Shown piece after piece: positions 36,926 to 46,262 of a stretch of DNA of 64,000 bases (the first letter of the stretch is position 1; the number at the start of each line of letters is the position of its first letter). The position numbers and the translations under genes were made by a program. A model generated the notes under the pieces. The model had not been told where the DNA came from. It was given only the letters and a program-made list of their open reading frames with translations, and ran no database searches. The stretch covers positions 3,182 through 67,181 of the forward strand of contig DIXO01000050.1 of assembly GCA_002428735.1 (NCBI GenBank). Reading direction: 5' to 3'. The DNA is from Syntrophaceae bacterium UBA6078 (lineage in GTDB: Bacteria > Desulfobacterota > Syntrophia > Syntrophales > UBA2210).

Positions 36926-37711
36926 TCAGTCCTTCGATATCTCCACGCGGCGGTTCGATGCCCGTCCCTCGTCGGTATCGTTCGACGCGATCGGCATCTC
37001 CTCTCCATAGGCCCTGACAGTGATCCTCTCTGAAGAAACTCCCCCGTGTTCAACGAGATACTCCTTCACGGCAGCCGCCCGATTCATCGAGAGATTCCGG
37101 TTGTATTCGTTCGTACCCGTACTGTCGGCGTGCCCCGATACCATGATGGAGGAAGACGTGTCGCCCATCCTCTTTACCGTTTCCGCCAGGAGCGCGCGGT
37201 ACGATGCCGTGATATCGGCGCTGTTATGATCAAAATGGACGACCGCTATGGCCGGAGTTGAGAGGATTGCCGTATCGGCTGAGACGGCGCCCTGCTTGTC
37301 GGCTTTTTCAAGCCATTCACGGGCGCCCGCGTGCCCCAGAGCAGCGGCAGCTTCCATATCTCTTCGTCCCTGTTCGTTGTTGATGAGGTAGTAATTGACA
37401 ATCCCCCGCTGATAGTACGCCTCCGCATTCCTAGGAGCGAGCCGGATCGCCTCGGAGAGATCATCGAGCGCCTCGGTGCAGTTGGTCTTCTTCGCAGCAA
37501 AGCGGGCTGTTCCTCTCTTCAGGTAGGCCTTTGCCGCCCCCGGATCAAGCTCTATCGCCTTTGTATAGGCCTTCACGGCCTCATCATATACCTTGTGCTG
37601 TTCGAGACTTTCGCCCCGTTCGATCCACGACGCCGCGGTTTGTGCGCATGCCGCCGATTGCCACAACGCGAAGACGCTTGTGAAAAAAACAAGAATGAGT
37701 ATCCGTTTCAC
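36926..37711 (-). CDS. TPR-repeat + OmpA-family peptidoglycan-binding protein
   Basis: Signal peptide and TPR repeats (AVKAYTKAIELDP.., AEAYYQRG). The C-terminal OmpA-like domain appears as GHADSTGTNEYNRNLSMNRAAAVKEYL...NRRVEI. Confidence 0.8.
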   Translation of the reverse strand: MKRILILVFFTSVFALWQSAACAQTAASWIERGESLEQHKVYDEAVKAYTKAIELDPGAAKAYLKRGTARFAAKKTNCTEALDDLSEAIRLAPRNAEAYYQRGIVNYYLINNEQGRRDMEAAAALGHAGAREWLEKADKQGAVSADTAILSTPAIAVVHFDHNSADITASYRALLAETVKRMGDTSSSIMVSGHADSTGTNEYNRNLSMNRAAAVKEYLVEHGGVSSERITVRAYGEEMPIASNDTDEGRASNRRVEISKD

Positions 37712-37737
37712 ACACCACCCCCGAAAGGTTATTTGGG

Positions 37738-38826
37738 TTATTTGTGGTAAACCTTATCACAGTCTGGCGAAAAAGTCAATGACGACGAGCATCTGCGGCC
37801 GCTCAACTGTCCGCACGCGGCGAGTATGTCGTTTCCCTTGCTTGGACGGGTCATGGTTGTATAGTGTTCGTGAATAAGAACGTCTTGAAATGCCCGTGCC
37901 TTTTTGTCCGATGGCCGTTTGAATTCCGATTCCGGAAATTCGTTGAAGGGAATGAGGTTGAACTTGCAATGCACTCCCCTGAGAAGGGCGGCGAGCATCT
38001 TCGCGTCATTCTCCGAATCGTTGACGCCGGACATCAGGATGTACTCGAAGGTGATCATTCTGCGCCGCGGCATGGGGTATTCACGGCAGGCCTCGATCAG
38101 TTCCGCAAGGGGGAAGGTTTTGTTCACGGGCATGAGGTACGACCTGAGCCTGTCATCCGGTGCGTTGAGTGATACCGCAAGATTGACGGAAGCGTCCTCG
38201 CCGAGCTGGCGTATCATCGGAGTGATTCCACAGGTGGAAACCGTTATCTTCCTTTTCGAATGACCGGCCCCGGCATCGGCGGTGATAATCCGTATCGCCT
38301 TCAGCGTATTCTGATAATTGGCAAGGGGCTCGCCCATTCCCATCATGACGATATTCTTTATGTCCGCCCCCTCCGGCGTGTTGAAGCGGAGGGACGTTAT
38401 CTGGCCGACGATTTCGGAGGGGAGGAGATTTCTCTTCAGGCCGTATCTGCCGGTGAGGCAGAATCTGCACCCCATGGCACATCCGGCCTGGGTGGAAACG
38501 CACTGGGTCCAATGATTCTTCTCCCGGATCAGGACGCTTTCTATGAAACAGCCGTCTTCCAGCCTGAAAAGAATCTTTTTCGTGCCATCCCGTGATTCCT
38601 GTATCTCTTCGATCTGCGGGAGAGAAATGGATGCCAGTTGTTTCATCTCGTCCCTGAAGCCCTTCGAGAGATTGGTCATCTCATCAAAATCGGTCACACC
38701 CGACCGGTAGATCCATTTCATTATCTGGCGCGCCCGGTATCTTTCCTTCCCCAGACGAGCGATGAGATGTTCAATCTCGTCATGAGTCATATCAATCAGG
38801 TTGCATGTGTCGCGACTGTTACCCAT
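37738..38826 (-). CDS. rlmN: 23S rRNA (adenine2503-C2)-methyltransferase RlmN
   Basis: YRARQIMKWIY, radical SAM GCAMGCRFCLTG, and the C-terminal catalytic Cys region DILAACGQL. Confidence 0.92.
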   Translation of the reverse strand: MGNSRDTCNLIDMTHDEIEHLIARLGKERYRARQIMKWIYRSGVTDFDEMTNLSKGFRDEMKQLASISLPQIEEIQESRDGTKKILFRLEDGCFIESVLIREKNHWTQCVSTQAGCAMGCRFCLTGRYGLKRNLLPSEIVGQITSLRFNTPEGADIKNIVMMGMGEPLANYQNTLKAIRIITADAGAGHSKRKITVSTCGITPMIRQLGEDASVNLAVSLNAPDDRLRSYLMPVNKTFPLAELIEACREYPMPRRRMITFEYILMSGVNDSENDAKMLAALLRGVHCKFNLIPFNEFPESEFKRPSDKKARAFQDVLIHEHYTTMTRPSKGNDILAACGQLSGRRCSSSLTFSPDCDKVYHK

Positions 38827-39064
38827 GTACTTTTCCTGCAGCGGCGGTATTTAACCGTGATGTCATAATTTTGATGGTGATCCCCTCAAACGCTCTTCCA
38901 TTCGCGTTCCGGGCGATGATCGCACAAAACTGCGATATACTATCACTATGGAGAAAAACTGGCAAGGGGCGGCGACAAATCGAATGCGTGCCGAGTTGTG
39001 GAATCACCGCATTTTATGATAGGAAAATGGATACTGCAAACTGGCCACACTGAAAGGACGCGGG

Positions 39065-41686
39065 GTGAAAAGAGAGAATCCAACACCGGCGATGAGACAG
39101 TATCTCCAGGTAAAGGAGGCTCACAAGGACTGTATCATCTTCTTCAGGATGGGCGATTTTTATGAGATGTTCTTCGAGGACGCGCAGGTGGCCTCCAAGG
39201 TGCTGGAAATCACGCTGACATCCCGGAACAAAGGGAGTGAGGACGCGGTACCGATGTGCGGCGTCCCCTATCATGCCGCCGCGGGCTATATCTCGAAGCT
39301 CGTCGGACAGGGATACAAGGTGGCCATATGCGAACAGGTGGAAGATCCCCGGGATGCCAAGGGGATCGTGAAGCGGGAGGTCGTCCGCATTGTCACTCCG
39401 GGTCTGATCGTTGATTCCGATACTCTGAGCGCCAAGGAAAACAATTTTCTGGCGGGGATTGCCGTCGTCGGCACTTCCTTGGGACTTGCCTGCGTGGATA
39501 TCTCGACAGGCGAATTCCGGGTGACGGAAACGGATCAGGAAGACGCGTTTCTCGATGAATTAGCCGGCCTCAATCTCAGGGAGATGCTCATATGCGAAGC
39601 GCTGCGGGAAAGCGATCTTGCGAAGGCGTGTGGAACCCGGCTGCCCGACTGCAGCGTCTGCTGGCTGCCCGATGATTATTTTTCAGTGGGTGAAGCCCGC
39701 GGTCGCATCGAGGAGTTTTTTACAACGAACAGCGGGAAGGTTGATTTCGAAGGGCATCCCGCGATGACCGGCACCGCGGGTGCGGTCCTGCGGTACGTAC
39801 AGGAAACACAGAAAGGAAGCCTTGATCACATCAATGAGGCCCGATGGTACGATATCAGGGACTACCTGGTCATGGATGATACGGCCAAGAAAAATCTCGA
39901 ACTCTTTGCCACCATCCAGGGAGGGAGAAAACGGGGGTCCCTCTTTCATATCCTCGACGAGACGACGACCGCTATGGGGGGAAGGAGACTCCGGCGATGG
40001 CTGACCTACCCCCTCATCGATTCCGACAGGATCAAGCTACGCCTTGCCGCCGTTTCGGAAATCAAAGACCATCATCTCCTCCGGGGAGAACTGCGCTCAT
40101 TCCTGGCGGGCATCTATGACCTGGAGCGCCTTGGCAGCAGGGTCTCCATCGGCATTGCAAATGGAAGGGATCTGGTTGCCCTGGGCCGATCCCTGCGATT
40201 GATACCCTCCATCCAAAACGCTCTCTTAAAACTGGAATCTCCTCTGATATCAACAATCCGCGGTGAACTGGACGAACTCTCGGATGTGGCGGATCTGATC
40301 GAACGCGCCATTGTGGGGGACCCTCCCCCGACCATCCGCGACGGCTACGTGATTCAAAAGGGGTATGATGAAGAACTGGACAAGTTGATCTCGCTGTGCA
40401 CTGACGGGAAGCGCTGGATCGCCGCCATGGAGGAGAAAGAGCGGAAGAAAACGGGGATCGGCAGCCTCAAGATCGGTTTCAACAATATATTCGGCTACTA
40501 CATCGAAGTCACCAAGGCCAACAGCGTCATGGTCCCCGACGACTACGTCAGAAAACAGACCCTGGTCAACGCGGAGCGGTATATCAATCAGGAGTTGAAG
40601 GAGTATGAATCGCTCGTCCTGGGTGCGGAGGAACGGAGAAAGAAGAAAGAGTACGAACTGTTCGCGGACATCCGGGAACGGATCGCCCGCCACATTCTGA
40701 GAATACAGACAACGGCCTCGCGCCTTGCGGATATTGACGCCATTGCATCCCTTGGAGAGATTGCGGAGCGGTATAATTACTGCTGTCCCCGGGTGCATGG
40801 CGACGACCGGATCGAGATCAGGGGGGGGAGACATCCTGTCGTTGAGCGGATGAACACGGACGGTGGCTTTGTCCCCAATGATACGGTGATGGATTGCGCC
40901 GGCAACCGGCTCCTGATCATTACGGGGCCGAATATGGCCGGAAAATCAACCTACATACGGCAGACGGCGGTGATTGTTCTCATGGCACAGATGGGATCGT
41001 TCGTTCCCGCCACAGAGGCCGAGATCGGTGTAGTTGACCGGATATTCACCCGGGTCGGTGCCGGAGACAGCCTGTCATCGGGGCAGAGCACCTTCATGGT
41101 CGAGATGACGGAGGTGGCGAATATCCTGAAAAACGCCACGAAACGGAGCCTGATACTCCTGGACGAGGTGGGTCGGGGGACGAGCACCTTCGACGGTCTC
41201 AGCATCGCGTGGGCGGTGGCGGAATATATCCACGATGCGAACAGACTCGGTGCGCGCACCCTCTTCGCCACCCACTATCACGAGCTGACGGATCTGGCGA
41301 GAACCATGGACGGGGTAAAGAATCTCAGTATCGCGGTGAAGGAATGGGGCGACCGGGTGATCTTCCTGCGCACCATCGTCGAGGGGGGGACGAACAGGAG
41401 CTATGGCATCGAGGTGGCACGCCTCGCGGGAGTTCCCGGGGAGGTCGTTTCACGGGCCCGGGAGGTGCTGGGGAATCTGGAAAAAGGGGAACTGGATGAG
41501 ATCGGAATGCCGAAGATCGGCAGGAGCAGGCTGTCGCGGAGGAAAACCCCCATGGGGCAACTGGACCTTTTCACGGGGAAGGAAAACCGCCTGATCAATG
41601 AATTGAAAGAGGCCGATGTCTCGCAGATGACTCCTCTGGAGGCACTCAACCGCATCAGCGAGTGGCAGAAGCTGGTAAAGGATTAA
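39065..41686 (+). CDS. mutS: DNA mismatch repair protein MutS
   Basis: [12 protein letters not shown]...[15 protein letters not shown] mismatch-binding domain, Walker [10 protein letters not shown], and STFMVEM. 873 aa with a GTG start. Confidence 0.97.
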   Translation: MKRENPTPAMRQYLQVKEAHKDCIIFFRMGDFYEMFFEDAQVASKVLEITLTSRNKGSEDAVPMCGVPYHAAAGYISKLVGQGYKVAICEQVEDPRDAKGIVKREVVRIVTPGLIVDSDTLSAKENNFLAGIAVVGTSLGLACVDISTGEFRVTETDQEDAFLDELAGLNLREMLICEALRESDLAKACGTRLPDCSVCWLPDDYFSVGEARGRIEEFFTTNSGKVDFEGHPAMTGTAGAVLRYVQETQKGSLDHINEARWYDIRDYLVMDDTAKKNLELFATIQGGRKRGSLFHILDETTTAMGGRRLRRWLTYPLIDSDRIKLRLAAVSEIKDHHLLRGELRSFLAGIYDLERLGSRVSIGIANGRDLVALGRSLRLIPSIQNALLKLESPLISTIRGELDELSDVADLIERAIVGDPPPTIRDGYVIQKGYDEELDKLISLCTDGKRWIAAMEEKERKKTGIGSLKIGFNNIFGYYIEVTKANSVMVPDDYVRKQTLVNAERYINQELKEYESLVLGAEERRKKKEYELFADIRERIARHILRIQTTASRLADIDAIASLGEIAERYNYCCPRVHGDDRIEIRGGRHPVVERMNTDGGFVPNDTVMDCAGNRLLIITGPNMAGKSTYIRQTAVIVLMAQMGSFVPATEAEIGVVDRIFTRVGAGDSLSSGQSTFMVEMTEVANILKNATKRSLILLDEVGRGTSTFDGLSIAWAVAEYIHDANRLGARTLFATHYHELTDLARTMDGVKNLSIAVKEWGDRVIFLRTIVEGGTNRSYGIEVARLAGVPGEVVSRAREVLGNLEKGELDEIGMPKIGRSRLSRRKTPMGQLDLFTGKENRLINELKEADVSQMTPLEALNRISEWQKLVKD

Positions 41687-41697
41687 GATCGCTCTTT

Positions 41698-43098
41698 TCA
41701 GCCTTTCTGTTTCAGGTAGTGATCAATTGCCCTGGCAGCCTTCTTTGCCGCGCCCATCGCCAGGATGACGGTTGCCGATCCGGTCACGATATCCCCGCCG
41801 GCATAGACACCTTCCCGGCTGGTGCTGCCTGTTTCTTCATCCGCCACAATATGTCCCCACCTGTTTGTTTCAAGACCCGGGGTGGTGGCGGGGATCACCG
41901 GGTTGGCGTTTGTCCCTATGGCGACAATGACCATATCAACGTCCATCACAAATTCGGATCCCTTGACGGGAATGGGCCGGCGCCTCCCCGAACCATCAGG
42001 CTCCCCCAGTTCCATTCGGATGCACTTCATGCCTTTGACCCAGCCCTTCTCATCGCCCAGGTATTCGACCGGGGTGGTCAGGAGTTTAAATTCCACCCCC
42101 TCCTCTTTCGCGTGATGGATTTCTTCGGCACGCGCCGGCATCTCAACCTCTGTCCTGCGGTAAACCACGGTGACCTTCTCGGCGCCCAGCCGCAAGGCTG
42201 TGCGGGCTGAATCCATGGTGACATTCCCCGCGCCGAGAACCGCCACATTTTTCCCGCGGGCTATGGGGGTGTCGTATTCGGGAAACCGGTATGCCTTCAT
42301 GAGGTTGGATCGCGTGAGGTATTCATTTGCTGAGTAAATACCGCTCAGGTTTTCTCCCGGTATATTCATGAAGACGGGTGAACCTGCTCCCACCCCTAGA
42401 AACACGGCATCGAACCCCTCCTGCAAAAGATCGTCAACGGTTTTCCCTCGCCCGATCAAGACGTTGGGAACAATTTCAACCCCCATCTTCTGGAGATATG
42501 ATATCTCGCCGTCAACGATCACCTTGGGAAGACGAAACTCCGGAATCCCGTAGATCAGGACGCCTCCGGCCTTGTGCAATCCCTCAAACAGGGTAACACT
42601 GTGTCCCAACTTCACCAGGTCACCCGCAATGGTAAGGCCGGCAGGTCCTGAACCGACCACAGCCACCTTCTTTCCGGAGGGGGCTGCAAGTTTGGGAATC
42701 TGTACCGCGCCCCCATTTCGCTCATAATCCGCCGCGAAACGTTCAAGCCTGCCGATGGCAACCGGTTCGCCCTTTTCCCCCAGAATACAGAGTTCCTCGC
42801 ACTGGGTTTCCTGGGGGCAGACCCTCCCGCAGATGGCGGGGAGACTGTTGGTCTCTTTGATTCTACGCGCGGCGCCGACGAAATCCCGCTCAGTAATGAG
42901 CTTTATAAATCCGGGGATATCGACTTCCACAGGACATCCCGCGATACAGGAAGGTTTTTTACATTGTATGCATCGCGACGCCTCGATGACGGCCTGTTCT
43001 TCCGGATAGCCAAAGGGGACCTCGTCAAAATTTGTCCTGCGAACCTGGGGATTCTGTTCCGGCATTGGTTGCCGGGGGATCTTTTCCTTCTTACTCAT
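41698..43098 (-). CDS. gltA: GltD-like NADPH-dependent oxidoreductase (homotetrameric-type glutamate synthase / NfnB / SudA family)
   Basis: N-terminal ferredoxin-like Cys clusters (RCIQCKKPSCIAGCPV..., CGRVCPQETQCEELC) and two Rossmann GxGxxG motifs (VVGSGPAGL, VLGAGNVTMD). The ATG at 43098 overlaps the upstream stop (ATGAGTAA). Confidence 0.88.
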   Translation of the reverse strand: MSKKEKIPRQPMPEQNPQVRRTNFDEVPFGYPEEQAVIEASRCIQCKKPSCIAGCPVEVDIPGFIKLITERDFVGAARRIKETNSLPAICGRVCPQETQCEELCILGEKGEPVAIGRLERFAADYERNGGAVQIPKLAAPSGKKVAVVGSGPAGLTIAGDLVKLGHSVTLFEGLHKAGGVLIYGIPEFRLPKVIVDGEISYLQKMGVEIVPNVLIGRGKTVDDLLQEGFDAVFLGVGAGSPVFMNIPGENLSGIYSANEYLTRSNLMKAYRFPEYDTPIARGKNVAVLGAGNVTMDSARTALRLGAEKVTVVYRRTEVEMPARAEEIHHAKEEGVEFKLLTTPVEYLGDEKGWVKGMKCIRMELGEPDGSGRRRPIPVKGSEFVMDVDMVIVAIGTNANPVIPATTPGLETNRWGHIVADEETGSTSREGVYAGGDIVTGSATVILAMGAAKKAARAIDHYLKQKG

Positions 43099-43918
43099 GA
43101 CATTTGCACCCCCTTCTGGCTTCCTCTTCTTCATCGCAGTACATCCTGAGGCGGCTCGTCAGAAGATCAAAATCCACCGCATGGCCGTCAAACTCGGGGC
43201 CTTCCACGCATGCCAGTTTGGTCTCTCCTCCCACCGAAACGCGGCACGCGCCGCACATGCCTGTGGCGTCCACCATGATCGGATTCAGGCTCACGATCGT
43301 CTTTATGTTGTGAGGCCGTGTCACATCACACAGAAATTTCATCATCGGAACGGGGCCTATGGCGAAGACACGGTCAATCACCATTCGGGACTCAATGAGA
43401 TCTCTAAGCACATCCGTCACAAACCCGTGAACGCCGTAACTGCCGTCGTCGGTGGACACGATCAGCCGGTCGCATATCTTCCGTATATCATCTTCCAGAA
43501 TAAGAATATCCTTTGTCCGTGCGCCGATAATCGCTATCACATTGTTTCCGGCATCTTTGAGGGCCTTGATGATCGGATAGGCAACGCCGATCCCGACACC
43601 GCCCCCGACGACGACCGTCGTGCCGAAGAGGCCCATCTCGGTAGGAACACCAAGGGGACCGAGGACGGCGAAGAGGTTATCTCCCTCCTCCATAGCCGCC
43701 AGGCTGATCGTCGTTTTGCCGACGACTTGGAATATGATGGTTATGGTCCCCTTCTGCGCATCGGAATCAACAATGGTCAGGGGGATACGCTCCCCCTTCT
43801 CTTCCGTCATAATAACAACAAATTGCCCTGCCTTACGCTGCGCGGCAATCTCAGGAGCCGCCACCATCATTTTGAATACATTCTCAGATAGCTGCACCTT
43901 CGCTACGATCCTATTCAA
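43091..43918 (-). CDS. Sulfide/dihydroorotate dehydrogenase-like FAD/NAD-binding [2Fe-2S] subunit (NfnA/SudB-type)
   Basis: NRIVAKVQLSENVFKMMVAAPEIAAQRKAGQFVVI... and the C-terminal Cys cluster MCGACRVSVGGETKLACVEGPEF. I chose the TTG start at 43918, 7 nt after GGAGG. The tracked ORF's 5' extension runs through the tRNA fragment and is rejected. Confidence 0.85.
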   Translation of the reverse strand: MNRIVAKVQLSENVFKMMVAAPEIAAQRKAGQFVVIMTEEKGERIPLTIVDSDAQKGTITIIFQVVGKTTISLAAMEEGDNLFAVLGPLGVPTEMGLFGTTVVVGGGVGIGVAYPIIKALKDAGNNVIAIIGARTKDILILEDDIRKICDRLIVSTDDGSYGVHGFVTDVLRDLIESRMVIDRVFAIGPVPMMKFLCDVTRPHNIKTIVSLNPIMVDATGMCGACRVSVGGETKLACVEGPEFDGHAVDFDLLTSRLRMYCDEEEEARRGCKCHE

Positions 43919-44096
43919 CTCACACCTCCAAATCGTTCTCCATATCTCGGTTGGCAACGGATGGCACCATACTCCAGCATTATAGGTGCTGTCAATTATT
44001 TTAGAATTTTCTTTGAAGGAAATCTGGAGAGACAAAAACAACTGCAGGCATATTGTTTTCGATGTATTCAAATCCGAAGACAATATGTACCCTGCC

Positions 44097-44132
44097 AAAG
44101 AGAAAAGGCGCGGTCCACTGGGACTGCGCCTT
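44097..44132 (-). terminator. Rho-independent terminator of the (former) tRNA-Leu gene
   Basis: The minus-strand sense reads AAGGCGCAGTCC-CAGT-GGACCGCGCCTT (12-bp stem with one G-U, 4-nt loop), followed by TTCTCTTT. It begins 12 nt after the tRNA CCA end. Confidence 0.65.
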
Positions 44133-44144
44133 GGTTTATATCCA

Positions 44145-44199
44145 TGGTGCCGAAGCCGGGATTTGAACCCGGACAGGCGTACGCCCACTAGACCCTGAA
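44145..44199 (-). pseudogene. tRNA-Leu(CAG) 3' fragment (anticodon loop to CCA), no 5' half
   Basis: The minus-strand sense reads TTCAGGG-TCTAG-TGGGCGTACGCCTGT-CCGGG-TTCAAAT-CCCGG-CTTCGGC-A-CCA. These are the anticodon loop with CAG, the 3' anticodon stem, a long variable arm, the T arm, the 3' acceptor strand and encoded CCA. The 5 nt before the loop (GTGCG) cannot pair with TCTAG. No D arm or GCCGAAG acceptor strand follows. Confidence 0.7.
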
Positions 44200-44219
44200 C
44201 GCACGATCAGAGACAACGA

Positions 44220-44270
44220 GGGATAAGACGGGATAACGAAAGAAAGTGAAAATTCGAGTAGTTATCCCGT
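44220..44270. repeat. GGGATAA motif x3 (two direct, one inverted), forming a 10-bp inverted repeat
   Basis: GGGATAA occurs at 44220 and 44230, and TTATCCC at 44262. ACGGGATAAC (44228-44237) and GTTATCCCGT (44261-44270) flank a 23-nt spacer and are followed by TTTT on the plus strand. The block starts 21 nt from the tRNA fragment. Confidence 0.6.
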
Positions 44271-44327
44271 TTTTCTCATTCAGAGTGAACCAGGGAAATG
44301 CAAGGAAAACAGGGGATATTTTTTGTA

Positions 44328-44357
44328 AAGTAATGACCAAGTAATGACCAAGGTAAT
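44328..44357. repeat. 11-bp tandem repeat AAGTAATGACC x2 plus a partial third copy
   Basis: AAGTAATGACC AAGTAATGACC AAGGTAAT read directly from the sequence. It lies between the tRNA fragment and the abiEii stop. Confidence 0.75.
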
Positions 44358-44423
44358 TGGGTAGTGAAGGCTGGGCATCACTCCTGAGGACTTTTTTATG
44401 CCTCATTGGAAAGGAATCGATTT

Positions 44424-45392
44424 TCAACGACCCTTCTTGTGGCTTCTTACATTCACGGCTTTCCATTCCAGAAGCGGATGGTGCCGGATGCGGTTCTGCA
44501 GGGCCTCATCACCGGTCAGCAGCTCGGGGGCTATCTCGCCCATGTCCAAAATCCGATCGAGAAATTTCTTCTCCGGCGCGGTGAACGGCAGCAAGCCGGC
44601 AAGAAGATTACGGCAGTCCTCGACAAGCCCCTTCCCAAACTGATCCTTCCGGATATATTCGCGCCCTGCGGACCTTAGCGTGGGGATGAGTTTTTGTTCC
44701 AGATCGGCGGTATCGACATCCACATCCTTCAGTGCAATAGTTCGCCAGTCGGTGCGACTCATGGCGCCGTAGACGACAAAGGCCAAACGCAGCCTTTCCC
44801 GATCGAGGCCACCCAGACGGAAGAGGTTGCTGCAATCGAACAGGTCCCGCGCCTGCCGCCGCGAGAGCAATGCAGAGAGCTTGCCAGCCGCGAGTTCGTG
44901 GACGTCGACCATCGGGATGCCTGCAGCCTGCCAGATGCCGACCGGTCGTGAGTTGAGCCGTTGCACCGGCCACAGGGGAATCCGGAACATGAAATTGACA
45001 TCCACCTCCAGGTTGCCTCCCTGGCCGCTGGCACTGGGATAACGGAGTTGCCATTTGCCGCCCGCATGCTCTGTCGGCACGCGTCGGACCGTGTATCCCT
45101 CCCGGGAAAAGACCGCCTGCAGGGCCAGCTCGACCTTGGGCCGTTCCTCGATCATCGTTTCCCGGTCCGCCGCACCCACGTAATTGAGATCGATGTCCAC
45201 CGAGAGGCGGGGAACGTCGAAAATGAAGAGGTTCAGGGCCGTGCCGCCCTTGAGGACCAACTTGTCCTTGAGGAAGGGATGGCTACGGACGGCATCGAGC
45301 AGTTGGAGCAGCAGCGCGACCTTTTCCAGCATGTCCGGGCGAAAACCGGTGGCCTCCGACTGGACGGCGAGCGTTTCAGGGGAAATCTTCAT
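44424..45392 (-). CDS. Nucleotidyltransferase AbiEii/AbiGii toxin family protein (DUF1814)
   Basis: LVLKGGTALNLFIFDVPRLSVDIDLNY is the AbiEii NTase signature. The ATG at 45392 overlaps the abiEi stop (TCATGA) and is preceded by GGGAGGAA. Confidence 0.85.
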   Translation of the reverse strand: MKISPETLAVQSEATGFRPDMLEKVALLLQLLDAVRSHPFLKDKLVLKGGTALNLFIFDVPRLSVDIDLNYVGAADRETMIEERPKVELALQAVFSREGYTVRRVPTEHAGGKWQLRYPSASGQGGNLEVDVNFMFRIPLWPVQRLNSRPVGIWQAAGIPMVDVHELAAGKLSALLSRRQARDLFDCSNLFRLGGLDRERLRLAFVVYGAMSRTDWRTIALKDVDVDTADLEQKLIPTLRSAGREYIRKDQFGKGLVEDCRNLLAGLLPFTAPEKKFLDRILDMGEIAPELLTGDEALQNRIRHHPLLEWKAVNVRSHKKGR

Positions 45393-46195
45393 GAGGATTC
45401 CTCCCACGATCTCGCGTAGATCTCTTGGGGAACGACAAGGTTCCAGGCGGCCACGAAGTGTCCAGCTTTCCGCCGGCTGCGTTCCAGGTAGTGAGGGTGT
45501 TGTGGCCGGAGGTCACGGAGGGCACTCAGGTGCGCCTCGTCGACCATCAGGCCTTCCCGGTGCTGCTCCAGGAAGAAGCCGACCTTGGCCGCGGTCGTGG
45601 CGTTGCCGAGATGTTGCACGTAGGCAGTCACCTTGTCGAGATCGAAAAACTCCACGGACTCAAGGGAGCGCCATATCTCCTCCCAACTCCCAATCAGGCC
45701 GGGCCGGTGGAGTACGTCCACGAAGGTCCTCTCCAGGCCCGTCACCCGGACCTCCAGACCCGCACGATCAGCCTTGACCACGTCGAAGGAGACGGCGACC
45801 TCGGGAGGCAGAGCCCCGGGAAAGCGAACTCCCTTGAACTGGTAGGACCGGAAGCTGATGGGCCGCGCAGGTGCGGCGGAAAGATAGACGAAGTGCTCGT
45901 AGACCGAATAGGCCTTGCCGTGGAACTCCATGGCCGTGTGGTAGGCCAGCACGGCATCCTTTGTCATCCGAGAGGCCAGCAGGAAGGGATCGACGGGATA
46001 GGATGCGGCAGACGCCCCGGTAGGGACGACGGCATAGAGACCGCGGCGCACCCGGACCAACCGGCTCATCTTCACGTGATAGAGGAGTAAAGCCTCCTGC
46101 GTCCGGGGATTGCGCGGGCCTTCGGAGGCAAGGAAGGCAGCAAGCTCATCGCCCGTAAAGACAGGATGTCTGTTGAAAAAAAGTTCGAGTTTCAT
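45389..46195 (-). CDS. AbiEi-family type IV toxin-antitoxin antitoxin / transcriptional regulator
   Basis: Its position directly upstream of, and overlapping, AbiEii fits the module. The N-terminal winged-helix-like segment (FTGDELAAFL..RNPRTQEALLLYHVKMSRLVRVRRGLYAV) and the ~270-aa size are typical of AbiEi. Start is ATG 46195 or TTG 46219. Confidence 0.8.
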   Translation of the reverse strand: MKLELFFNRHPVFTGDELAAFLASEGPRNPRTQEALLLYHVKMSRLVRVRRGLYAVVPTGASAASYPVDPFLLASRMTKDAVLAYHTAMEFHGKAYSVYEHFVYLSAAPARPISFRSYQFKGVRFPGALPPEVAVSFDVVKADRAGLEVRVTGLERTFVDVLHRPGLIGSWEEIWRSLESVEFFDLDKVTAYVQHLGNATTAAKVGFFLEQHREGLMVDEAHLSALRDLRPQHPHYLERSRRKAGHFVAAWNLVVPQEIYARSWEESS

Positions 46196-46233
46196 CGGAT
46201 CGCTCTTGATGTTTATCAACGTAACACGTAATA

Positions 46234-46262
46234 TATTTAAGTGTTTTGATATTGCATGTCAA
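46234..46262 (-). promoter_or_regulatory. Candidate abiEi promoter overlapping an inverted repeat
   Basis: On the minus strand: TTGACA (46262-46257), a 17-nt spacer, then TAAATA (46239-46234). The -35 element lies inside ATATT-N8-AATAT. The AT-rich context makes chance matches likely. Confidence 0.3.

Noticed and set aside
43919-44188. 5' extension of the NfnA-like ORF (tracked as 43091-44188) reading through the tRNA fragment
   Set aside because: The extension is non-conserved and AT-rich, and it crosses a terminator hairpin and the tRNA remnant. A TTG start at 43918 with GGAGG 7 nt upstream gives the normal family length.
44228-44276. 10-bp inverted repeat + TTTT as a plus-strand intrinsic terminator or sRNA 3' end
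   Set aside because: The 23-nt loop is long for a terminator, and there is no plus-strand gene or promoter upstream (that strand is antisense to nfnA and the tRNA scar). It is interpreted instead as repeated protein-binding motifs of the att region.
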